The translations under genes were made by a program, and so were the position numbers. The notes below the pieces were generated by a model that was not told the origin of the DNA, did no database searches, and was given only the letters and a program-made list of their open reading frames with translations. A stretch of DNA of 64,000 bases from Bryobacterales bacterium (lineage in GTDB: Bacteria > Acidobacteriota > Terriglobia > Bryobacterales > Bryobacteraceae), in contig CAVRZH010000112.1 in assembly GCA_963725455.1 (NCBI GenBank), forward strand, positions 12,600 to 76,599. Reading direction: 5' to 3'. Positions 8,133 through 15,643 of the stretch are shown here, piece after piece (positions within the stretch are counted from its first letter, which is position 1; the number at the start of each line of letters is the position of its first letter).

Positions 8133-9137
8133 TTGAAGCTTCTCGCTCTTCTCCTAGGCTTGGCATGGATTGCGGCTTTCGCCCAAAACACTGCTCCTGC
8201 CGGAGCCATCAGCGGCACTCTTTTCGATTCCATCGGCGATCCGATCGATCACAATGAAGTGCAGGCGGAGAACGCGGATACCCACGCCGTTTTTAAAGCC
8301 ACAACTTCCGCCGCTGGCAAATACATCTTGTCAGGCTTACCGCCCGGCAAGTATTTTGTTGTGGTCTCCGCGCCCGGACTGAAAACATTCGCGATGAAAG
8401 GCGTCGTTGTCAAAGCATCGCTCACCCTTCGGTTCGATATCCACCTTGCCGACACCACGCAGCTCAACACGCTGGGCGAAGATCGCTTGAGGATAACCGA
8501 GGACAACAAGCGAGACCATCCGCCCTCTGGCGCAGCGCCGCGCACTCCCGATGGCAAGCCCGATCTTTCGGGCGTCTGGTGGCAACCCCGCACCGTGGAT
8601 CCCGGCCAGCCTGAGTTTCTGCCTGCGGCGATTGCCATCCAGAAGGAGCGGCTCGAAAATAACTTGAAGGACAGTCCCCAGGCGCACTGCCTGCCGTCTG
8701 CCCCGCTCCGCAATGGTCCGCTGTGGGAGTTCGTCCAGAGCAAGGATTTTCTGGTCTATATTTCAGACGACGAGAGTCCGGGCTTTCATCAGATCTATCT
8801 GGACGGCCGCGGCCATCCTGCCGATCCGAATCCGGCCTGGTACGGTCACTCCATTGGCCGTTGGGACGGCGATACCCTGGTGGTCGATCGCGTCGCTTTC
8901 GATCCGCGAGTCTGGCTCGACATCCAAGCTCATCCGCATTCCGATAAGCTTCACATTATCGAGCGCTACCATCGCCCCGATCTCGGCCATCTCGAAATAG
9001 AAATCACGGTCGACGACCCGGGGGTTCTAGAAAAACCTTGGATACAGAAGCGCGTGGCAGACCTTGCGCACGAAGAGATCTTTGAGTTCATCTGCGCGGA
9101 AAACAACCGCGACCTCCAGCACTTAGTCGGCAAGTAA
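8133..9137 (+). CDS. Secreted fusion protein: CarboxypepD_reg-like domain + unnamed-family domain (paralog P2)
   Basis: TTG start with GGAG 8 nt upstream and signal peptide MKLLALLLGLAWIAAFA. The N-terminal ~100 aa (ISGTLFDSIGDPI...AAGKYILSGLPPGKYFVVVSAPGLKTF) resemble the carboxypeptidase regulatory-like fold. The C-terminal part has DGKPDLSGVWW, GRWDGDTLVVDRVAF, HSDKLHIIERYHRP and FICAEN. Confidence 0.8.
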   Translation: MKLLALLLGLAWIAAFAQNTAPAGAISGTLFDSIGDPIDHNEVQAENADTHAVFKATTSAAGKYILSGLPPGKYFVVVSAPGLKTFAMKGVVVKASLTLRFDIHLADTTQLNTLGEDRLRITEDNKRDHPPSGAAPRTPDGKPDLSGVWWQPRTVDPGQPEFLPAAIAIQKERLENNLKDSPQAHCLPSAPLRNGPLWEFVQSKDFLVYISDDESPGFHQIYLDGRGHPADPNPAWYGHSIGRWDGDTLVVDRVAFDPRVWLDIQAHPHSDKLHIIERYHRPDLGHLEIEITVDDPGVLEKPWIQKRVADLAHEEIFEFICAENNRDLQHLVGK

Positions 9138-9182
9138 CAGCGGCCAACCCCCTCAATAACTTAGACGAATTGAATTTCACAG

Positions 9183-9268
9183 TTTTTTAACAGCAGGCTG
9201 CATGCAATCTGGCTTAGAATCACGACAACGGCTAGACTGTACTTAGACGCTCAGGGTTGGACAGTAAT
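9183..9268 (+). promoter_or_regulatory. Candidate operator/promoter module B, paralogous to 8014-8097
   Basis: Same order and spacing as module A: TTTTTTAAC at 9183, TTAGAA at 9214, CTAGAC at 9232, TTAGAC at 9243 (spacing 18 and 11 bp), AGTAAT at 9263-9268. It lies 73 nt upstream of the receptor ATG. Confidence 0.5.
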
Positions 9269-9340
9269 CTATCTATCAGTTGTCGTAGTATTGGGCACTG
9301 ACCTAAGGCGCTAGCCCATAGTCAAAGGAGAATCAGGGGT

Positions 9341-12300
9341 ATGAGATTCAAGAAGCCACTCAGTATGTGGCTCGCAGTTGCTTCAATGTTGACGCTGTTG
9401 GCCATGTCGGCTTCCATCCTAATGGCCCAATCAGCCGGAACGTCGGGTTTAGCCGGCACGGTAACAGATCCATCCGGCGCAGCCGTTCCCAACGTCAGCG
9501 TAACTATTACCAGCAACGAAACCGGCCTAACGCGCACGGCAACTACCGGAGCCGATGGCACCTATAAGTTCAGCCTGCTGCCGCCGGGCAACTATCACGT
9601 ACGTTTCGCGGCCACCGGCTTTAAAACAGCGGAGGTTGGCGCAGTGACGTTGAACGTCACCGAGACGCCCGAGTTGAACCGTACGCTCGAGATCGGGCAG
9701 CAAACTGAAGAGGTGACTGTAGAAGCCACGGCCGAGAACCTGCAGACCCAAAGCTCCACCCTAGGAAGCGTGGCTACAGGTGCCGAGGTCACGGGTCTTC
9801 CGCTGAGCAATCGCAACTACACGCAGATCCTCAGCCTTGCGGCCGGCGCGAATGCCGCCGTGAACGACGCTCGCTCGCTCGGCAAAGGCACCCAGGACAT
9901 GAGTGTCAACGGAAACTCGCCCGGGTCGAACAACTTTCAGATGGACGGCGTGGCCATCAGTAGCATTGCCCATCCGGATACTGCGAACGATACCAACATC
10001 TATGCGGGCATCGGCATTCCCAGCCCGGATGCCATTCAGGAATTCAAGGTTCAAACATCCACGTATGACGCTAGCTACGGCCGCAATCCGGGCGCCAACG
10101 TCAACGTCGTGACGAAATCGGGTTCCAATCAATTCCACGGGACAGCCTTTGAGTTCTTTCGCAATGGCGATTTGGACGCGAACGACTTTTTCTATAACCG
10201 CGACACTTGCTCTATCACCTATGCGGGACAGAGCTGTCCTCACCAGGTTTTGAATATGAACCAGTTCGGGGGCGTGATCGGCGGGCCAATCAAGAAGGAT
10301 AAGCTTTTCTTTTTCGGTAGCTATCAGGGAACCCGTGAGAAGAACGGCGTAGCTGCGCAGGGCTTTACCGACGCAGTGCTGCCTCCCGTTCCAGCCGGTC
10401 CCAGGAGCACATCCCCCACCTCCGCATGGGCCCAGCAACTGGCCGCTCTGAATTGCACTGGCATCAGCTTTGGCCCGAACGTGGCGTGCAACGGCTCCAA
10501 CCTTAGCCCAGTTGCGCTCAACATCCTGAACCTGAAGCTGCCCAACGGCCAGTATTACTTTCCGAGCACCGGCGCCAGTGTTCCCACCAACGTCGGTTAC
10601 AGCATTCCCGCTCTATACAACGCCGATCAGATGGTCATCAACGGCGACTACCTGATCAACAGCAAGAACACTCTCGCGATGCGTTACTTCTACACGCGCG
10701 ATCCGCAGACCATTCCGCTGAACGGCTTTCTCCCGGGTGAGCCACAGACCGATTATTATTCCAACACCGACGCCTCCATCAAGCTCACCACCATCGTCAC
10801 GAACAGCCTGGTAAACGAACTGCGGGGATCGATGCAGCGCAACCTGGCTCGTTTGACCGATACCCCGATCCCAGGTAGTACGCCCGCCGACCTAGGCATC
10901 ACCCCCCTGGTGCCAGGGCTTCAGTTGACGCCGGGTATCGACATCATCACGGGGGGCTACACGATGTTCGACACCTTCAACCCAGCGTTCAGTCCCACCA
11001 CCGGGATCCAAATTTCCGACCAGGTCTCCTGGTCGCATGGGAAGCACACCATTCGCGCCGGCTACGAGTATGAAGAGAACCAATGGAACATCGTCTACCA
11101 GGGCTTCGAGCGCGGTTGGCTTTTGATGGGCACGTTCAACGATTTCCTGGTCGGCGGTCCAGGCAATGAATTGAGTTGCATCTTTTGCGTAGCCGGCCCT
11201 GAGCAGGGCGTAGTTCACGGCTATCGGCTGCCCGATCAGAACGCCTTCGTGCAGGACGACTACAAAGTCAGTTCTAAGTTCACCCTGAATCTTGGCGTCC
11301 GCTGGGAGTATGACGGTTCATTGAGCGACAAGTACGGAAACTTGACCAACCTGTGGACTAGCCAGTTGCAAAAGGTTCCCGTTCCGCCCACCGGTCCCAA
11401 CATGGGCGCCAACAATCTGGTCGGCTGGGTGGTTCCAGCGAACTACAGCACAGCTACGTACGGAGCAGTGCCGGCCGGTGTTCTGCAGAATTCCGGTAAC
11501 TTGCCGATTTCGAGTCGTGTTCCGCTCAGCAACTTCGCACCCCGAGTGGGATTTGCAGACCAGTTGACCGATAAGCTGGTTCTGCGTGGCGGCGTCGGTT
11601 TGTTCTACGACCGCGTGGATGTCGGCGCTCTGGTGCACGGCCTGGAGCAGGGCCCTCCCTACTCGGGAACCGCCGATGTCGGCTCGGGCAACGAGCAGAC
11701 CCTGGCGAATCCTTTCCCGGTTACTCCGATCGGTGTGTTTCCGCAGCGTTATTTCAATCCGGCATGTTTGAGCGCGGCGCCCACCGCGGCGGCGCCCATC
11801 CCCTGCAACTCCCCCGCCTATAACTCCTATTTGAGCGCGCCGTTCGTTTACCAGGATATGCACACACCCCTGGTGCGCCAGTACAACCTCAACCTGCAGT
11901 ACGAATTCGCGAAGAATTGGGTGTTGGAAACGGCTTATGTGGGATCGAGCGGCATCAACCTGCTGGATGCTTACCACAATTACAATACGGCGCAGTTGGC
12001 AAGTGCCAGCAACCCCATCAACGGCCAGACCACGAACTCGCTGGAAAACGTAGCTCTGCGCGTTCCCTATCTCGGTTATCAGCCGGTAGGCGTGCAGGGT
12101 AGCGCATTCGATGGTAGCTCCAACTACAACAGTCTGCAGGTAACGCTCCGCAAAAGCTTTTCCCACGGACTTTTTGTGCAGGCGTCTTACACCTATAGCA
12201 AGGACTTGACCGACATCAACTACTACAGTGGCGGAGCGGTGGGCGCGAACATCAACAACGCAAGCAACCTGGCCGCACAGTACGGACCGGCGTATTTCAG

Positions 12301-12904
12301 CCGGCCGCAACGTGTAGTCATCAATTATAGCTACGATCTGCCCCTCGGCACTCACCAGGGCGCCCTCGGCAAGCTGCTCAGCGGCTGGAATGTCTCGGGC
12401 GTAACCACCATCCAGGATGGTGGGCCTATGACGATCATCGATCCAAACGCGGGGTCCATCTATGGCACGAACTCCGTTGCCAATACGGCGCAGCTTTGTC
12501 CCGGACAGACCTACAGTTCCATCCTTTCAAGCGGCGGCCTTACCTCCCGCCTGGGTGGCAACAGCGGTGGCTCCGGCTACTTTAACTCCAACGCGTTTTG
12601 CTCCGCTCCAACCGGAGGCATCTACGGCAACGGAACGGGGTATGGCGACTCGGGCGTTGGTATCGTTCTGGGCCCCGGTCAATTCAACTGGGACATCACA
12701 ATCGTGAAGACGACAAAAATCACCGAACGCCAGACACTGATATTCCGCACCGAGTTCTTCAACGCCTTCAATCACGCTCAGTTCAACAATCCGCTCGCTA
12801 CGCCCTCCCCGGGCTTAGCTGAACTGGGATCAACGTTCGGTGAAATCACTTCCACCAGCGTCAATCCCAGGATTCTGCAGTTTGGGCTCAAGTACGTCTT
12901 TTAG
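9341..12904 (+). CDS. TonB-dependent outer-membrane receptor with N-terminal CarboxypepD_reg domain (acidobacterial type)
   Basis: 1187 aa with RBS AAAGGAGAA upstream and a signal peptide. GLAGTVTDPSGAAVPNVSVTITSNETGLTRTATTGADGTYKFSLLPPGNYHV is a CarboxypepD_reg signature. This is followed by a plug-like region, a long beta-rich region and a C-terminal aromatic residue (GLKYVF). Confidence 0.9.
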   Translation: MRFKKPLSMWLAVASMLTLLAMSASILMAQSAGTSGLAGTVTDPSGAAVPNVSVTITSNETGLTRTATTGADGTYKFSLLPPGNYHVRFAATGFKTAEVGAVTLNVTETPELNRTLEIGQQTEEVTVEATAENLQTQSSTLGSVATGAEVTGLPLSNRNYTQILSLAAGANAAVNDARSLGKGTQDMSVNGNSPGSNNFQMDGVAISSIAHPDTANDTNIYAGIGIPSPDAIQEFKVQTSTYDASYGRNPGANVNVVTKSGSNQFHGTAFEFFRNGDLDANDFFYNRDTCSITYAGQSCPHQVLNMNQFGGVIGGPIKKDKLFFFGSYQGTREKNGVAAQGFTDAVLPPVPAGPRSTSPTSAWAQQLAALNCTGISFGPNVACNGSNLSPVALNILNLKLPNGQYYFPSTGASVPTNVGYSIPALYNADQMVINGDYLINSKNTLAMRYFYTRDPQTIPLNGFLPGEPQTDYYSNTDASIKLTTIVTNSLVNELRGSMQRNLARLTDTPIPGSTPADLGITPLVPGLQLTPGIDIITGGYTMFDTFNPAFSPTTGIQISDQVSWSHGKHTIRAGYEYEENQWNIVYQGFERGWLLMGTFNDFLVGGPGNELSCIFCVAGPEQGVVHGYRLPDQNAFVQDDYKVSSKFTLNLGVRWEYDGSLSDKYGNLTNLWTSQLQKVPVPPTGPNMGANNLVGWVVPANYSTATYGAVPAGVLQNSGNLPISSRVPLSNFAPRVGFADQLTDKLVLRGGVGLFYDRVDVGALVHGLEQGPPYSGTADVGSGNEQTLANPFPVTPIGVFPQRYFNPACLSAAPTAAAPIPCNSPAYNSYLSAPFVYQDMHTPLVRQYNLNLQYEFAKNWVLETAYVGSSGINLLDAYHNYNTAQLASASNPINGQTTNSLENVALRVPYLGYQPVGVQGSAFDGSSNYNSLQVTLRKSFSHGLFVQASYTYSKDLTDINYYSGGAVGANINNASNLAAQYGPAYFSRPQRVVINYSYDLPLGTHQGALGKLLSGWNVSGVTTIQDGGPMTIIDPNAGSIYGTNSVANTAQLCPGQTYSSILSSGGLTSRLGGNSGGSGYFNSNAFCSAPTGGIYGNGTGYGDSGVGIVLGPGQFNWDITIVKTTKITERQTLIFRTEFFNAFNHAQFNNPLATPSPGLAELGSTFGEITSTSVNPRILQFGLKYVF

Positions 12905-12923
12905 TCCCTGGCATTGAAGATTG

Positions 12924-12965
12924 TGGCCGCGGCTCTCACCTTGAGTCGCGGCCATTTTCTTTTTC
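12924..12965 (+). terminator. Rho-independent terminator downstream of the TonB-dependent receptor gene
   Basis: TGGCCGCG (12924-12931) pairs with CGCGGCCA (12947-12954). The stem can extend inward by 4 more pairs. It is followed by TTTTCTTTTTC. Confidence 0.75.
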
Positions 12966-12998
12966 GGTGTGCCACATCCAACCCCGTAAAATGGCCGT

Positions 12999-13511
12999 AT
13001 GGTACCCGTTCTTGAAACCGAGAGGCTCAAACTTCGCGGCCACCGTCTTGAAGATTTTGCGGCTTCGGCTGCGATGTGGGCCGACCCAATTGTCACTCGT
13101 TACTTCGGTCATTCGTTTATCGAAGAAGAGTCTTGGACCAGGTTTCTGCGGTATGTGGGCCATTGGGACCTGCTGGGCTTTGGTTATTGGCTGGTCGAAG
13201 AAAAGGCCAGTGGGAATTTCGTAGGCGAAATCGGATTCGCGGACTACAAGCGCGATATCCAATCGTCGGTGGAGCTGGCGCCGGAAATTGGTTGGGTGCT
13301 GGCCGCCGCGTCGCACGGTAAGGGCTACGCCACAGAGGCAGTTCGCGCCGCCACCGAATGGGGCGACCGGAATTTTGAAGCGTCCCAGACTACCTGCATC
13401 ATCCATCCGGAGAATCTTCCATCAATTCGCGTAGCCGAGAAATGCGGTTACAGGGAATTTGAACGGACCGCGTACAAGGGACAGCCTTCCGTGGTGTTTG
13501 TGCGTGCGTGA
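12999..13511 (+). CDS. GNAT family N-acetyltransferase (RimJ/RimL-like)
   Basis: 170 aa. The N-terminal LETERLKLRGHRLEDF and the core GEIGFADY...GWVLAAASHGKGYATEAV are typical of Acetyltransf_3 GNATs. Confidence 0.8.
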   Translation: MVPVLETERLKLRGHRLEDFAASAAMWADPIVTRYFGHSFIEEESWTRFLRYVGHWDLLGFGYWLVEEKASGNFVGEIGFADYKRDIQSSVELAPEIGWVLAAASHGKGYATEAVRAATEWGDRNFEASQTTCIIHPENLPSIRVAEKCGYREFERTAYKGQPSVVFVRA

Positions 13512-13514
13512 GCG

Positions 13515-14021
13515 TCAACCAAACGGGTTTTCGTCCGCGCTTGGTCCGTACACCGACGGAACGGGAATTTCGAGCAATCGCAAGTAGACCGATAACTGTC
13601 CGCGATGATGATACCAGTGGTTGAGCATCAGGGTTCGGAGCATAACGGCGCGCGGCATGGCCATGAGATCGCGTCCCCCCAGTGTTGCCCGCCACGGTCC
13701 TACCGCAGCCGATTCACTTACTCCGCCCAAATACGCTTGTGCGGCTTGAACGCTTGCATCCAGAGCTTTGACAATTTCGTCGGAACTCTTGGGATCGGGC
13801 GGATTAAAATTGGCAGGGTCGACTTCGAAGGCATCCACTTCCGCCAGTTTCGAAATTGCTCCCGGAATCATGGCCACATGCATCGCGAGTTGCCCCAGCG
13901 ACATCGATTTCGGATGAGGCTTCCAGGTTAGTTTGTCCGCGGGTACGCGCTGCAGCATTCGTTTGGTAGTGGCCGCCTCCTGGGTAATCTCACCGCTCAT
14001 TGGTTCCAGCATCTTAATCAT
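13515..14021 (-). CDS. DinB-family (DinB_2/YfiT-like) metal-dependent protein
   Basis: Contains HVAMIPG and HWYHHRGQLSVYLRLLEIPVPSVYGPSADE. I chose the ATG at 14019-14021, which forms an ATGA overlap with the stop of the upstream gene (the track ORF extends to 14078). Confidence 0.8.
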   Translation of the reverse strand: MIKMLEPMSGEITQEAATTKRMLQRVPADKLTWKPHPKSMSLGQLAMHVAMIPGAISKLAEVDAFEVDPANFNPPDPKSSDEIVKALDASVQAAQAYLGGVSESAAVGPWRATLGGRDLMAMPRAVMLRTLMLNHWYHHRGQLSVYLRLLEIPVPSVYGPSADENPFG

Positions 14022-14800
14022 TTTGTGCCTCCTTGTTTCGCGGACAAGCTCACATCCACCAACCCGCTGTCCGCGCATTTATCGTGATGCCGCACCCATT
14101 CCATGGTGTGCTTCAAGCCGTCTTCATCGCGGCCTTTCGGCGCCAGGTCCAGAAAGTTGTATGTGCCAACTAAAATATCCAGGCCGCGGGCGTAGGCGGA
14201 GTAGGTGTGGAAGATGGCGCCAGCCTGGTCTTTATAGAACACGCTGGCGCCCGGCGCTTCTTCACTCGGAAACTCCGTCACTCCGTAGTTGTAATACACC
14301 TTGCCGGTTGCAATTTCGTCTTTGGTGAACGACACGTGAAAGTCATAATTGAAATCGTTCCCGAAGGACGATACCCACCCGAAGCGCCAGCCCATCCGCT
14401 TCTTGAATGCTTCGATCTGCGGCAGAGGTGCTTGCGATATACACAAGAGCGTGACGTCGCGATGCGCCAGATGGATGAGCATGCCGTCAAAATGATCGCC
14501 CAGATACGAGCAACTCTTGCAGCCCTCTTCCCATCCGGGGCCAAGCATGAAGTGGTAAACGATTAGCTGGTTTCGAACGCCAAATAAGTCCGCCAGAGCT
14601 TTCTTTCCACCCGGCGCATCGAAGACATACTCTTTGGTCACCTTCACCCAGGGCAACTTGCGGCGCTCCGCGCTTAGCGCGTCCCGTTGGCGGGTGAATT
14701 CCTTTTCCTTAGCCAGCAGATCCTTGCGCGCGGCCAGCCACTCGGCTTCAGTGACAATCCTGGGATGTTCGATTTCAGACTTGGTCATCCCCTTGGTCAT
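14018..14800 (-). CDS. DUF899 thioredoxin-like family protein
   Basis: EAEWLAARKDLLAKEKEFTRQRDALSAERRKLPWVKV...LIVYHFMLGPGWEEGCKSCS matches the DUF899 pattern. Confidence 0.85.
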   Translation of the reverse strand: MTKGMTKSEIEHPRIVTEAEWLAARKDLLAKEKEFTRQRDALSAERRKLPWVKVTKEYVFDAPGGKKALADLFGVRNQLIVYHFMLGPGWEEGCKSCSYLGDHFDGMLIHLAHRDVTLLCISQAPLPQIEAFKKRMGWRFGWVSSFGNDFNYDFHVSFTKDEIATGKVYYNYGVTEFPSEEAPGASVFYKDQAGAIFHTYSAYARGLDILVGTYNFLDLAPKGRDEDGLKHTMEWVRHHDKCADSGLVDVSLSAKQGGTK

Positions 14801-15252
14801 CCCAGGCCTCCTTCCGCACGCGCCCGCACGCGATCGTGCAGGTTGGTCCAGCCGGTTGACACGTTCTTCCTCAGCTCTTCCGGCATCGGCCCGAACGCCA
14901 GGTGGTGGAACTTGATCAGCGTTCTTCCATCCGCTTCAGTCAGCCGGTATTGCAGGTTCGACATGGTAGGAGATGACATGAAGAGCGGACCATAGATTTC
15001 GAGCAACGCCGGACGCTTGATGGCTTGCACGTGTCCCCAAAGATGGCCGTTGTTATCGCCCAGGTCCCGATACCACCTGCCTCCCGGCCACGGCTCAATC
15101 TTCATTGGCATGGGCTTGCCGTCCATCACCACATTGTGTGGTCCCATCTGTTCCAGAAGTGCCGCGAACGTTACGTCGAGCGATGCCCGGATGTGTATCT
15201 CCTGCGTGACGTTCAAAATAAAATCGTCGATGGCTTGCGCCGTTGCGTTCAT
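14797..15252 (-). CDS. SRPBCC superfamily protein (AHSA1/START-like)
   Basis: 151 aa. Both size and position (between an ArsR regulator and a DUF899 gene) are typical. It has 4-nt overlaps at both ends. Confidence 0.75.
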   Translation of the reverse strand: MNATAQAIDDFILNVTQEIHIRASLDVTFAALLEQMGPHNVVMDGKPMPMKIEPWPGGRWYRDLGDNNGHLWGHVQAIKRPALLEIYGPLFMSSPTMSNLQYRLTEADGRTLIKFHHLAFGPMPEELRKNVSTGWTNLHDRVRARAEGGLG

Positions 15253-15584
15253 GATTCCTCCATGCTTTTCTTCTCAGCTCGCTCTTTGATTCGTTGCAAC
15301 TGATTCGACCAGTAACGCTCGAACGTGCCGGTCCATTCGTGCAGCGGCCGAATCGCCTCTGCGTTGGTTCGATAAAACGCGCGGCGTCCTTCTCGCCGCA
15401 CGCGCACCAATCCAACGTCCTTGAGCACCCGCAGATGTTTTGAGACCGAGGGCTGTTCCAGCCTCAGGCTGGTCACAATGTCCCCCACCGGCCGCTCCTT
15501 CAGCGCCAGATAGCTCAGGATTTCCCGCCGCCGTGGTTCGGCAACCGCATTGAAGGCGTCGGAGGTTGTGGCAGCACGTGGCAC
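15249..15584 (-). CDS. ArsR/SmtB family transcriptional regulator
   Basis: FNAVAEPRRREILSYLALKERPVGDIVTSLRLEQPSVSKHLRVLKDVGLVRVRREGRRAFYR is a classic ArsR winged HTH. GTG start. Confidence 0.9.
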   Translation of the reverse strand: MPRAATTSDAFNAVAEPRRREILSYLALKERPVGDIVTSLRLEQPSVSKHLRVLKDVGLVRVRREGRRAFYRTNAEAIRPLHEWTGTFERYWSNQLQRIKERAEKKSMEES

Positions 15585-15594
15585 AAAGACATTG

Positions 15595-15612
15595 TATTCC
15601 TATATAGGAATA
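15595..15612. promoter_or_regulatory. 18-bp perfect palindrome TATTCCTATATAGGAATA, candidate ArsR-family operator
   Basis: Read directly. It lies 11 nt from the arsR-like start (15584) and 31 nt upstream of the divergent permease ATG (15644). The centre TATATA could double as a -10 element. Confidence 0.55.
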
Positions 15613-15643
15613 TGTCAAGACCCGCACCCGGTAAGCTGGAGAA

